20,000 nt of DNA from Chthonomonadaceae bacterium (GTDB lineage: Bacteria; Armatimonadota; Chthonomonadetes; Chthonomonadales; Chthonomonadaceae), in NCBI GenBank assembly GCA_035650735.1, contig DASRGZ010000120.1, positions 45,405-65,404 on the forward strand. Reading direction: 5' to 3'. Shown here piece after piece: positions 9,499-18,445 of this stretch (within the stretch, counting starts at the first letter, position 1; each line of letters opens with the position of its first letter). The position numbers and the translations under genes are program-made. The notes below the pieces were generated by a model. It saw only the letters and a list, made by a program, of their open reading frames with translations, had not been told where the DNA came from and ran no database searches.

Positions 9499-9626
9499 AG
9501 CGGTTCCGAAGGTGTTTTTCCCATGCCGGGCCATTGACTCGGCGCGCGGCACAGGCCATTTCTCACGGAGCAGGCTCGCAAAGAGGCCTGCTGTGGGGCC
9601 AGCAGGGGTGAACGCTATTCCCTTTG

Positions 9627-10883
9627 TTACGGAGCGGGTTCGCAGAGAAGGGCGATGGGCTTTTCCTGCCTGCGAGTCAGTACGACAACGGCGGGCGTGC
9701 CTCCTGCCTCGGCTCCGGTCAGGCGCTTGCGGAGGTCTTCCGGCTCCAGCGGCACGCCGCGCTTCTTGATGGCAGCCACGTACCGTCCGAGGGATTTCAG
9801 CCGGGATTGCATGTGCTTGAGGTTGAACGGCATCCAATCGAGGACGCGATAGGCGGCGGCAAAGGGCGAGGCGGTCAGGGCGTCGGCGGTCAGGTAGGCG
9901 ATCTGGGAGTCAAGCTGGGCGGCGCTCAGCAGCGCGGCGACCTGCGGCACGAGATGGGCGCGGAGGACGGCGGGATCGGGCTCATAGAGCCAGGCGCGCG
10001 GCGCGGAGAGTAGCGGCGGATCGCAAGGGAAGGGAGCCAGCGTCACCGGGGGCGATCCGGGGCGGAGAACGGTGGCGCAGTAGGCTTCGCCCTCCGTGTG
10101 CCGGGCCGGCGTCTCCGGGAGCGCCTCCGTCAGCGGCCCAAACCACAGGACGGCCTCCTTGCACTCGCCCCGGTCGGAGAGAAACTCCACGCGCGCCGGG
10201 TAGGGCCGCAGCGCCGCGTCCTCAATGGCAGGTGATACCTTGACGGCCAGAGAGGGAAAGTGGGCGCGCAGCGCCTCCGACCAGGAGAGCGGCGGGGTAT
10301 AGGCTTCGGCGGCGCGGGCGCGGCGGCGCTGTCCGACGCGATCCTCGGTGCGCCGCGAGGGATCGAAGAAGGCGGCGCGGATGCCTCCTGCCCGCAGCCG
10401 CGCCAGATCCAGCGTCGTCACGTCGGCGCAGAGCGCAAAAACGGGATGCGGCAGATCGAGCGCCTCCGCGTTGGCGCGCGTGCAGACGGCTGCCGCCGGA
10501 ACGCGATCTACGGCCAGGACCGGGCCGCGCTCGGCCAGGGCCAGCGCGTCGCCGCCGATGCCGCAGCAGGCATCCAGCACGGCCTCGCCTGCCGGGAAGC
10601 GCCCGGCCCGGTAGTGCGCGATCACCTCGCCGGTGGACTGCTCCAGGCCCTCCCCCGTGAAGAACATCCGGTCGGCCTGGGCGAATTTGGCCCGCGCACG
10701 GCGGCGCAACTCCAGCAGCTCAACGGCGGCGGCAGCCAGATCGGCCGGATAGGGATAGCGGCGGCGCAAGCGCGTCAGACGTGTCAGGCGGTCGGCAGGA
10801 AGGCGTGCGGCCTCATCCAGCAGAGCGCTGCCCGCCTGTGTATGGAGCCAGGCCAACGCGGAGGCGAGCGCGTCCGGACTCAC
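9627..10883 (-). CDS. Class I SAM-dependent methyltransferase with C-terminal THUMP-like region
   Basis: GLEQST, SAM motif VLDACCGIGGD, FFDPSRR, AVKVSP, GECKEAVLWFG and LYEPDPAVLRAHLV. GTG start overlaps the usp stop (GTGA). Confidence 0.82.
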   Translation of the reverse strand: MSPDALASALAWLHTQAGSALLDEAARLPADRLTRLTRLRRRYPYPADLAAAAVELLELRRRARAKFAQADRMFFTGEGLEQSTGEVIAHYRAGRFPAGEAVLDACCGIGGDALALAERGPVLAVDRVPAAAVCTRANAEALDLPHPVFALCADVTTLDLARLRAGGIRAAFFDPSRRTEDRVGQRRRARAAEAYTPPLSWSEALRAHFPSLAVKVSPAIEDAALRPYPARVEFLSDRGECKEAVLWFGPLTEALPETPARHTEGEAYCATVLRPGSPPVTLAPFPCDPPLLSAPRAWLYEPDPAVLRAHLVPQVAALLSAAQLDSQIAYLTADALTASPFAAAYRVLDWMPFNLKHMQSRLKSLGRYVAAIKKRGVPLEPEDLRKRLTGAEAGGTPAVVVLTRRQEKPIALLCEPAP

Positions 10884-11320
10884 TTCACGATCAGCACGGG
10901 ACAGTGGGCGTGATGCAGCACATGATCGGAGACGCTGCCCACCAGGAAGGACTCTAGTCCGCCCAGTCCCCGACTGCCCAGGACGATCAGGTCTACCTTC
11001 TCCCGCGCGGCCACACTGATGATCCTGTCCGCCGGATGACCTACCTCCCGCCGGGCCAGGTAGCCCACCCCCTGCTCCTCCAGGATTTTGCCCGTATCTC
11101 TCTCGATAGCCTCCTGAATTTGCTCCCCATACTGGGCAATGAGGGCCGGATCAATGGGCACTTCCGTCAGGCCCAGAGTGGGACCTGCGGCCAGAGGTGG
11201 GTCGAAGACGGTGAGCAGCGTGACCTGCGACTCGAATCGTTTGGCGATCTCGGCGGCGCAGGTCGCCGCCTTGAGCGCGCTCTCGGAACCATCCGAAGCG
11301 ATCAGGATATGCTGAAACAT
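10880..11320 (-). CDS. Universal stress protein (UspA family)
   Basis: MFQHILIASDGSESALKA and DLIVLGSRGLGGLESFLVGSVSDHVLHHAHCPVLIVK. GAGGTG Shine-Dalgarno lies 7 nt before ATG 11320. Confidence 0.95.
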   Translation of the reverse strand: MFQHILIASDGSESALKAATCAAEIAKRFESQVTLLTVFDPPLAAGPTLGLTEVPIDPALIAQYGEQIQEAIERDTGKILEEQGVGYLARREVGHPADRIISVAAREKVDLIVLGSRGLGGLESFLVGSVSDHVLHHAHCPVLIVK

Positions 11321-11417
11321 GGTCATGCACCTCAAAAGCGTGACAATTCTCCGCTAATTACCGGGACGACTCACGTTTCTCCCCTCGCCTTCCTTCTTCC
11401 TGCCGTTTTCTTTGCAG

Positions 11418-11650
11418 CCCTCACCCCCTATCCCCCTCTCCCACGCTGCGGGAGAGGGGGAGGAGAAGCCAGGTTCTACCCTCCTGCGAACTGCTTTTGG
11501 AGAAAGCGGCGGCTCTGGACGTAGGGGGAGGAGAAGCCTTGTTCTTCCCTCCTCGCCGGCCCTTCTCCCTGCTAGGGAGAAGGGAGAGGAGAAGTCAACT
11601 CTGTCTCTCCCCTCCCCTGTTCTTGGGGGAGGGGAAAAAGGGGTAGGGGC
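11418..11650. repeat. Cluster of three polypyrimidine/polypurine palindromic repeats
   Basis: Hairpins at 11431-11461 (tccccctctccc-acgctgc-gggagaggggga), 11560-11584 (cccttctccct-gct-agggagaaggg) and 11608-11635 (tcccctcccc-tgttcttg-ggggagggga). Each has a CCCTC/ACCCC-like tail, and the third is inverted. Confidence 0.8.
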
Positions 11651-11691
11651 CAGAATTAAATGGCCTTCCTGCCGGACCATCTCCGCGGTGT

Positions 11692-12939
11692 CTATTCGTG
11701 GCGGAGCGCTTCGATGGGATCGAGGTTGGCGGCGCGATAAGCCGGATACATGCCGAAGAAGATGCCCACACAAGCGGAGAACACAAACGCGCCGATGGCG
11801 AAGGAGGGCGGCACATAGATCGCCATCCCTTTAGCGCCGGTCTGTGGATCGGTCATGGCGGGAATAAACTGGGTGATAAAGCCGATGGTATAGGCAAAGG
11901 CCGAGCCGATGACGATGCCGGTCAAGCCGCCGACGCCCGAGAGCGTCGCCGACTCGATGAGAAACTGAACGAGAATATCCTTGCGCTTGGCCCCAATGGC
12001 TTTGCGCAGGCCGATCTCGCGGGTGCGCTCGGTGACCGAGACCAGCATGATATTCATGATGCCAATGCCGCCGACCAGCAGCGCCATGCCGGCAATGGAG
12101 CCCAATACCAGCGTGAAGATGGCCAGGACTTGCTTGATGCTGTTGAGCATGTTGTCCAGGCTGTCCACGCGGAAGCCGATCAGGTTGTTATAGCGGCGCA
12201 TCAGCAGCTGCCAGACCTGATCTTTGGCCTCATCCATGTGCTGCAAGTCTACGGCTTCGGCCCAGATGACGCCCACGAGTTCCTGGCCCAGGTAACGCTT
12301 CTGTACCGTCGTCAGCGGAATAAAGACCTGCTTATCGGCGTCGCCGCTCAACATGCGCCCCTTGGGGGCCATTACACCCACGACCGTCAGGTTCAGGCCA
12401 TTGATCTCGATGTCCTGGCCGATGGGGTCGGCGTTCTGGAAGAGGTCTTTCTCGATCTTATCGCCGATGACGCACACTTTGGCCCAGGTATCCACGTCCT
12501 TGTCGGACAGGAAGCGTCCGCGCGCCACCATGACATTGCGCATCCGCTCGTAGGCCGGCAGCACGCCGTTGGGGGTCACGTCGGTGGTGCGGCCTCTGTA
12601 GTTGGCCGTCGTGCCCTGGTTGAGCGGCAGTTCCGGGGAGAGGCTTTTGATAAGGTCACAATGCTGCTGGATGGCGCGCACGTCATCCATCTTCATGCCG
12701 TCAATGCGGCGGGTTGTCTGCTTGCGCTCGTCGCGATCCGGCCCGTAGAAGATCAGAATGAGATTAGAGCCCATCTTCTGGAACTCGTTGGTGACTCGCG
12801 ACTGGGCGCCCTGCAGGATGGAGACCATCATAATGACGGCGCTGACACCGATGATGACGCCGAGCATGGTCAGCGCGGAGCGGAGCTTGTTGGCGCGCAG
12901 GTTTGCGAAGGCGACCTGTATGCCGTGCCAGAGGTTCAT
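11692..12939 (-). CDS. MacB/FtsX-family ABC transporter permease (no fused ATPase)
   Basis: ANKLRSALTMLGVIIGVSAVI, periplasmic domain, LLVGGIGIMNIMLVSVTERTREIGLRKAIGA and GIFFGMYPAYRAANLDPIEALRHE. Confidence 0.95.
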   Translation of the reverse strand: MNLWHGIQVAFANLRANKLRSALTMLGVIIGVSAVIMMVSILQGAQSRVTNEFQKMGSNLILIFYGPDRDERKQTTRRIDGMKMDDVRAIQQHCDLIKSLSPELPLNQGTTANYRGRTTDVTPNGVLPAYERMRNVMVARGRFLSDKDVDTWAKVCVIGDKIEKDLFQNADPIGQDIEINGLNLTVVGVMAPKGRMLSGDADKQVFIPLTTVQKRYLGQELVGVIWAEAVDLQHMDEAKDQVWQLLMRRYNNLIGFRVDSLDNMLNSIKQVLAIFTLVLGSIAGMALLVGGIGIMNIMLVSVTERTREIGLRKAIGAKRKDILVQFLIESATLSGVGGLTGIVIGSAFAYTIGFITQFIPAMTDPQTGAKGMAIYVPPSFAIGAFVFSACVGIFFGMYPAYRAANLDPIEALRHE

Positions 12940-12957
12940 GGGTTTCTCCCTGCGCGT

Positions 12958-14712
12958 CTATGGGCCTTCTCGGCGCATGTCAACCGTCTTGCGAGGCGGG
13001 CCGGTGTAGGGCGCGGGCCGTACCTTCTCCCCCACTTTCAGGCCGGAGACAATTTCAACGAAGTCGTCGCCACGCAGCCCGACCGTTACCTTGCGGGGCG
13101 TCGTCGTTTCGACCTTTTCGCCATTTTTGACGGTCTCGGTGACGATCTGAACCGTCGCGTTCGGCCCATCTCCCTGGACGCAGTTGGTGGGCACGCGCAG
13201 GACGTTGCGGCGGCGGGCCACGATGATAGAGCAGCGCGCGCTCATGCCGGGCTTGAGGCGCGCATCGGCGTGGTCAATCTGAACCTCGACCGGGAAGCGG
13301 ATGACGTTCTGATTGTTTCCACCGCCCCCACCGCCTCCGTTATCCCCTCCGCCGCCGGAGGTCCCAGGCGTGGCGGTGTAGGCGGCAGGAGCGACCTTGC
13401 GGACGTGGCCGGTAAACAGGGCGCCGCGCTCGGCATCTATCGTCACCTCGGTCAGCAGGCCGCGCCGCACTTTGGCGATATCCACCTCATTGACATTGAT
13501 CTTGACCAGCATTGTGGCCAGGTCCGCGATCTGAAAGACCGGCGTGCCGGAGGAGAAGGAAGAGATACCGGAAGTGATCAGCTCGCCCTGTTCGACGTAG
13601 CGGTGGGTTATCAGGCCCGGCATCGCCGCCACCAGCCTGGTATCGCGCTGATTGACCAGCCTCTCGTTAAGCTGGTTCTGTATCTGCTGGACGTCAGCAG
13701 CGGCGACAGCGACCTCATCCTGGCGCATTTTATCCTGCGTTTTCCCGGCGCGCATCGCGGCAAGCTGGGCCTGCGCCTGCCTGTAGGCGGCACGCGCGCT
13801 TTCCAATTCACGCCGCTTAGTGGCGGGCAGGACATTGGTCCTGGCCTGGGCCAGCGCCGCCTCCATCTGGCGCACCTGACTCAGAGCGCTGGCAACCTGG
13901 CTGCGCGCGTTGGCCTCTTCGAGCGCATTGGCCTTATTGATCCGGTCCAGCCGCTCTTTCGCCTGGCGCAGATGCGCGGCGGAGACCTGCGCCTGCGTCT
14001 CCGCGGCCTCCACGACCTGCTGCGCGACGAAGCCCTTAGCCAACAACTGCTGCTGCCTGCGAACAGTGCGTGCATCATTATCGGCCTGAGCGCGGGCCTG
14101 ATCATAGTCCGATTGCGCGGCAACGAGCGCCTGCGGGTGGGTGGACTGGATCATCAGGTCCAGGGCATCCTGCTGGGCCTTAAGTTCAGATTGGGCAGCG
14201 TCCAGATTGGCCTGGGCGATCTGGATGGCCTGCTGCGTCAGGTGCGGCTGGGCCTGCGCCTCCGCTTCCGCCGCCTTCAGCCGCGCCCAGGTCACCTCGA
14301 CGTTATGCGCATACTGGTCAATGCCGGTCGCGGTCTGCGATTGCTGATAGTCAGCATTCTTGCGCGCCGCCGCCAGGTGGGCTTGCGCGCCCGCCAACTG
14401 CGCCCGCAGCGCGGCCACCTGGCTGTTGATCTCCTGCGGGTCAATAGTCGCCAGTATCTGACCCTGCCGCACCACCATGCCCTCATCCACGAACAGCCGC
14501 GCGAGCCGTCCGCCGACTTTGGACTTGACCTCGACCTTGCGCAGCGGTTCAATGGTGCCGGTTTCGACGACCTTGATCTCCACATCGCCGCGCTGTACCG
14601 TCTCGCTGCGCTCGGTCTTGGGCTTGGCCCTGAGCAAGGCGCGCACGCCCATAAATGTTCCCAGGCCCATGAGCAGCAACAGTAGCCCACAGCCTATCAG
14701 CCATTTTTTCAT
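12958..14712 (-). CDS. MacA/HlyD-family periplasmic adaptor (membrane fusion) protein
   Basis: N-terminal TM anchor, TGTIEP..VEVKSKVGGRLARLFVDEG..V..GQIL (lipoyl half), long A/Q-rich coiled coil, VNEVDIAKVRRG, LKPGMSA and VTVGLRGDDFVEIVSGLKVGEKV. Confidence 0.9.
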   Translation of the reverse strand: MKKWLIGCGLLLLLMGLGTFMGVRALLRAKPKTERSETVQRGDVEIKVVETGTIEPLRKVEVKSKVGGRLARLFVDEGMVVRQGQILATIDPQEINSQVAALRAQLAGAQAHLAAARKNADYQQSQTATGIDQYAHNVEVTWARLKAAEAEAQAQPHLTQQAIQIAQANLDAAQSELKAQQDALDLMIQSTHPQALVAAQSDYDQARAQADNDARTVRRQQQLLAKGFVAQQVVEAAETQAQVSAAHLRQAKERLDRINKANALEEANARSQVASALSQVRQMEAALAQARTNVLPATKRRELESARAAYRQAQAQLAAMRAGKTQDKMRQDEVAVAAADVQQIQNQLNERLVNQRDTRLVAAMPGLITHRYVEQGELITSGISSFSSGTPVFQIADLATMLVKINVNEVDIAKVRRGLLTEVTIDAERGALFTGHVRKVAPAAYTATPGTSGGGGDNGGGGGGGNNQNVIRFPVEVQIDHADARLKPGMSARCSIIVARRRNVLRVPTNCVQGDGPNATVQIVTETVKNGEKVETTTPRKVTVGLRGDDFVEIVSGLKVGEKVRPAPYTGPPRKTVDMRREGP

Positions 14713-14788
14713 AATGGTTCTTTCTCATTTCCGCCGCTACGGCTTCATACTGGTCCACAGGTCGGCAGGAGCAAACAAGTTCCGAATT

Positions 14789-17700
14789 CTACCACGCTCC
14801 CGCACAGTCCTCCCCAAAAGGGTAAACCTCCGGCCCATTAGCCCCGGCGCGGCGCCCGATGACGGCCAGACGCAGCAGGATGGGCGGAGCGGCCGCGGCA
14901 GCGTGAGCCTTTGTCAGCAGACGGGAAACGTCCAGGCTTATCTGCCTGTAGCGCGGGACGGCGCGCGGCAGCGGTTGGCGGGCAAGGATACGGCTCCCGG
15001 CCAGCGCCAGCAGTTCCACACGGCCCGGCCCGTTCTGCGCCCACCCGGCGTCGCCCGTGTTGTAGAGCAACAGCCGGTGCCGCTTGCCTGGGCGCTCTTG
15101 CCAGGAGAGTTCGGCGTTGGCGTACTTGAGGGGGTTGCTGCCGTTGGCCGGGACGTTGCCGACCGCCACCAGCGGCATCGTCGCCGTTGTCGTGCCGGTT
15201 CCCGGCGTGCGCACGCCGGGCCTCAGCCCTGCCGCTCGCATCCGCGCATATTCGCCGCGCCACCGCGCATAGATTCCCGCATAGCCGCGCGCGTCCGCGT
15301 CGCGATCTACCGTGATCCAGGCCGTTGGAGGCGGGTTGACCATAGCCCTCGGCAATTCTCCAGCAGCGTGCCGCTGAAGACGCCGGGCTGCCGGGCGGGG
15401 TGAGCCATCCGGCGAGACGATGCCGAAGTCGCTGTTCTCGTCCACACGCAGGCCACCGGGATACCACCACGCCGCCGATCCATTCGCCCCGGAATCCAGG
15501 AGGAGACGGTACATTTTATCATAGTAAGCGCCCTGCGCGGCGATCTTGTCCGGGGTGGTGTCCGGGTAGACGCTCTGGCCGAACTCCGCCCAGAAGACTG
15601 GCTTGCCGTTGCCGGCCCAGCGGGCGTAGGCCGTCGTCAGCCCGCCCCCACGAAACTCCGGCCACGCCCCGCCGAGCGCGTAACCCTCCGGCGAGATGAA
15701 ATCCAGGTGCGCCGCGCCGGAAAGCAGGTCAAAGGGAGCCTGCCCCGCCACCGCCAGGCTGCCGTTGCCGCCGTAGCCGCTGCGCGCCCCGATCAGCGCT
15801 CCGTAAGGGCGCAGCACCTGCACGACCTCCCGGTAGCCCCGGCTGATGCGGTCGTCCAGAAAGCGGCGGTAGGCGGCGACCATCACGCGCCAGGGACCAT
15901 CCTGCGCCAACTGCGCATCCGAAGGATTAGTAATCTGTCCCTCCTCGCGCGGCGCGGCCAGGCCCCAATCGCGCTCGGCACCAGCAATGCTGCCATACTG
16001 GGCCAGTATCCAGTCCCGCCATGCCGCGTCCAGCGCCTTGCGCTCCGTATGCGCCCCGACGTGCGGCTCCCAGGCGATGTCAAAGGCGAATACCGTCGCG
16101 TTGCCGCGCAGGTGGGCGGCGTTCAGCAGCGCCCGCAGGCCGTTCAGATGGAAGTCTAGAGGATTGGCGTCCGCAACGAATACGTTGACTCTCAGGCGGT
16201 GGTTTCGGCAACGTGCGAGAAAATCGTCGAGTGCCGGCCCCTCATCAGGATTGGTATACTGCACGCTGAGCAGATTGACGCCCAGCCTCTCGCATTGGGT
16301 CAGCTCCGGCTCGACCAACTCGGGATCGTACTGGTCCGGGGCAATCCAGTGGACCCAGTAGGGCTGATTCTCTTCCCCTATCACCCAGAACGGCCAGTAG
16401 TTGACGCCGACGGGCCGCCAGGGCTTGCCGTTGAGCACAAACTCGCCGCTGCGCGCCCGGATGCGATCCTGGAACCGGGCCGTCGGTATACTTCTGGGGA
16501 GCACGCGAAACGGCATCTCGATCCTGTCCACTGGCTTTTGGGTGCCGGAGCCGCCAGTCAGCGCACCGGCTGCGAGCAAAGTTATGCGCACCGTATACGT
16601 GCCGGGGAGAAGGGGAGGCAGTCGGCGCCTCCATTGCGGCTCGGCGCCCAATGCCTCCGGCGCAAGCGCAAGATGGCTCCTGTAGGCCGCTATCGGCCCT
16701 TTATCTCCGCGCACGGCGATGGCCGCCTCTACGGAGCGCGCCTGTGAGCCGGTATTAACGGCCTTAAAGCCGATGGTGATCGACTCGCCCTCCACATAAG
16801 CAGCCTTCTCTGTGCCGGCATGGGCAAGGTAGACTCCCTGCGTGAGAAGACGCACCGCCGGAAGCAAAGGGCTGAGGCTACTCTTTTGGGCTACCCCGCC
16901 CCAGAGTGCGCCCTGCATTGGCCCGGACAGACACAGATACGCCCAGGCCCTATCCCCCGGATGGATGCCTGTAGTATCGGCGCGCAACTCCACAGGCATC
17001 AGGCGACCGGGCCGCTCGCCGGTCAGGCCGATGCCGCGCTGCCGCACGATAGGAACCCAGAGGCGGCGCAGCACGGCTCCGGCAGGGCGTCCCGGCCTCT
17101 GCTTTCTCGCCGCAGAAGCAGGATTCTCCTTCACGCTGAGGAAGTACCCCTTGTACGCCGGACTCAAGCACTCCAATAGAGGCGGCGCGGCCTCTTTCAT
17201 GTTGGCGGGCAGGCGCGCGGAACCGGGCGCTGCCAGCCAGAACTCGTGGGGGCCGGGAGCCATCAGGGCGTGCGACTGCGCCAGCCCGATATGCCACTCG
17301 CGCGCGTTCTCCGGGTGGAACGAGTCGCTAGGTCCGCCCCGCCCCTGTGAGGGGGAGTCGGGCCAGTAGTGGAAATCGGCGGGCGTCAGGGCGTAGCGCT
17401 GCCAGGCGCCGGTCAGCTTCACCGCCCCGATCCAGCGGGAGCCGTCCCGCTCCTTCCACTCCATCACCAGGGCGCGCGTATGCGGCCCGCCCTTCGCCCA
17501 GAAGGTGACTGTCTGCGCGCCGGGCGCGAACGGAGAGGCCGGGAACGGCGGCGGGCTGAAGTTGTCCCATCCCGTGAAGTGGGCAAAGCGGAAATGCAGC
17601 GCGGGGCCGTGCGGGCTGCCCTCACGGGTCAGCGTCGCAGGGCTGTTCGGATCGTTGGTGGCGCGCGTCCAGGCGGCAAGGTTAGTAGCGCCGAAATCCA

Positions 17701-18163
17701 TCAGGGGCGTCGTGGGCAAGGAGAGGAGCAGGCTCTCGCGGGTCTTCCAGACGCCGCCATCGGCATAGACGTAGCGCGAGAAGGGTGCGCCTCTGCCCAG
17801 GCAGAGCAGCTTACCGCGCGCTCTCAGGAAGGCGAGCAGGTTGTCCTGCGCTGCTGCCGGGAACGTCTCCGCATGGGGCAGCACCAGCACATCGAACGCC
17901 TGTGCGTTGAACGCGCTGGGATCGGCCAGTTGGGCGGGCATCAGGAGAGAAACCGCCTGGTGATTGGCCTTGAGGATGGCCGCAGCCGCCTTTGCGTCTG
18001 CCGCATCGGTGAGCGGCGGCAGCGCCTCCAGGATGGCAACGCGCGCTATCAGCAGCGGCTTGCTTATCACAGGGGGGGCCTGTCCGCTTGCCGTTCCGAT
18101 CTTTGCGAATAGGCAACAGGCCGCGCCAAGAAGCAGCGCGCGCCAACGCCACGTCAGTTGCAT
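14789..18163 (-). CDS. Secreted multidomain glycoside hydrolase (clan GH-A TIM barrel, GH5/GH42-like) with N-terminal accessory domains (~1124 aa)
   Basis: ATG at 18163 with a GGGAGG Shine-Dalgarno and a signal-peptide-like MQLTWRWRALLLGAACCLFAKIGTASG. GATase1-like DVLVLPH..FLRARGKLLCLG and CBM-like TVTFWAKG..MEWKERDGSRW. Catalytic region: GEFVLNGKPWRPVGVNYWP, AFDIAWEP, LDFISPEGY, KPVFWAEFG and AWW..ENSDFGIV. Confidence 0.7.
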   Translation of the reverse strand: MQLTWRWRALLLGAACCLFAKIGTASGQAPPVISKPLLIARVAILEALPPLTDAADAKAAAAILKANHQAVSLLMPAQLADPSAFNAQAFDVLVLPHAETFPAAAQDNLLAFLRARGKLLCLGRGAPFSRYVYADGGVWKTRESLLLSLPTTPLMDFGATNLAAWTRATNDPNSPATLTREGSPHGPALHFRFAHFTGWDNFSPPPFPASPFAPGAQTVTFWAKGGPHTRALVMEWKERDGSRWIGAVKLTGAWQRYALTPADFHYWPDSPSQGRGGPSDSFHPENAREWHIGLAQSHALMAPGPHEFWLAAPGSARLPANMKEAAPPLLECLSPAYKGYFLSVKENPASAARKQRPGRPAGAVLRRLWVPIVRQRGIGLTGERPGRLMPVELRADTTGIHPGDRAWAYLCLSGPMQGALWGGVAQKSSLSPLLPAVRLLTQGVYLAHAGTEKAAYVEGESITIGFKAVNTGSQARSVEAAIAVRGDKGPIAAYRSHLALAPEALGAEPQWRRRLPPLLPGTYTVRITLLAAGALTGGSGTQKPVDRIEMPFRVLPRSIPTARFQDRIRARSGEFVLNGKPWRPVGVNYWPFWVIGEENQPYWVHWIAPDQYDPELVEPELTQCERLGVNLLSVQYTNPDEGPALDDFLARCRNHRLRVNVFVADANPLDFHLNGLRALLNAAHLRGNATVFAFDIAWEPHVGAHTERKALDAAWRDWILAQYGSIAGAERDWGLAAPREEGQITNPSDAQLAQDGPWRVMVAAYRRFLDDRISRGYREVVQVLRPYGALIGARSGYGGNGSLAVAGQAPFDLLSGAAHLDFISPEGYALGGAWPEFRGGGLTTAYARWAGNGKPVFWAEFGQSVYPDTTPDKIAAQGAYYDKMYRLLLDSGANGSAAWWYPGGLRVDENSDFGIVSPDGSPRPAARRLQRHAAGELPRAMVNPPPTAWITVDRDADARGYAGIYARWRGEYARMRAAGLRPGVRTPGTGTTTATMPLVAVGNVPANGSNPLKYANAELSWQERPGKRHRLLLYNTGDAGWAQNGPGRVELLALAGSRILARQPLPRAVPRYRQISLDVSRLLTKAHAAAAAPPILLRLAVIGRRAGANGPEVYPFGEDCAGAW

Positions 18164-18248
18164 TCTCTCTCCCTCCCAGGCAGTGTTTTCTTTCCGGGCG
18201 GCTAAAGCCGCAGCAACCAAGGCACTAAACTCGCCTGCGCGGGTTCTG

Positions 18249-18289
18249 CCCTCACCCCCTTCCCCTCTCCCACGCTGCGGGAGAGGGGA
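18249..18289. repeat. CCCTCACCCC-tailed CCCTCTCCC-acgctgc-GGGAGAGGG palindromic repeat
   Basis: Nearly identical to 11418-11461 (ccctcaccccct..tcccctctcccacgctgcgggagagggg). Located in the divergent intergenic region. Confidence 0.85.
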
Positions 18290-18445
18290 GGATGGAGTCG
18301 CCGGAGGGCGACTGGGTGCTCTGGTTGCTGCGGCTTGAGCCGCCCGGAAAGAAAACGCAAGGCCCCTCACACAGAAAGCTTGCGCAGGAGACGACAGGCC
18401 AGTTGGCGAAGATGGACTCAGGATTCTTACGAGGAGGAAACCGCG

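Noticed and set aside
9535..9837. N-terminal extension of the 619-aa kinase ORF
   Set aside because: It overlaps the methyltransferase in another frame and has low-complexity Arg/Ala composition. The FGGY fold begins at MLTYLLAHDLG.
11354..11834. Short ORFs (139 aa minus, 140 aa plus) over the repeat cluster
   Set aside because: They are Pro/Gly/Arg-rich translations of the palindromic repeats and overlap the permease 3' end. There is no coding evidence.
13318..13365. GGC/GGT-rich tract as a tandem repeat or contingency locus
   Set aside because: It is an in-frame glycine linker with mixed codons inside the adaptor gene.
11698..14685. 995-aa plus-strand ORF
   Set aside because: It is entirely antisense to the well-supported permease and adaptor genes and has no recognisable motifs. 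This is a typical stop-poor shadow frame in GC-rich DNA.
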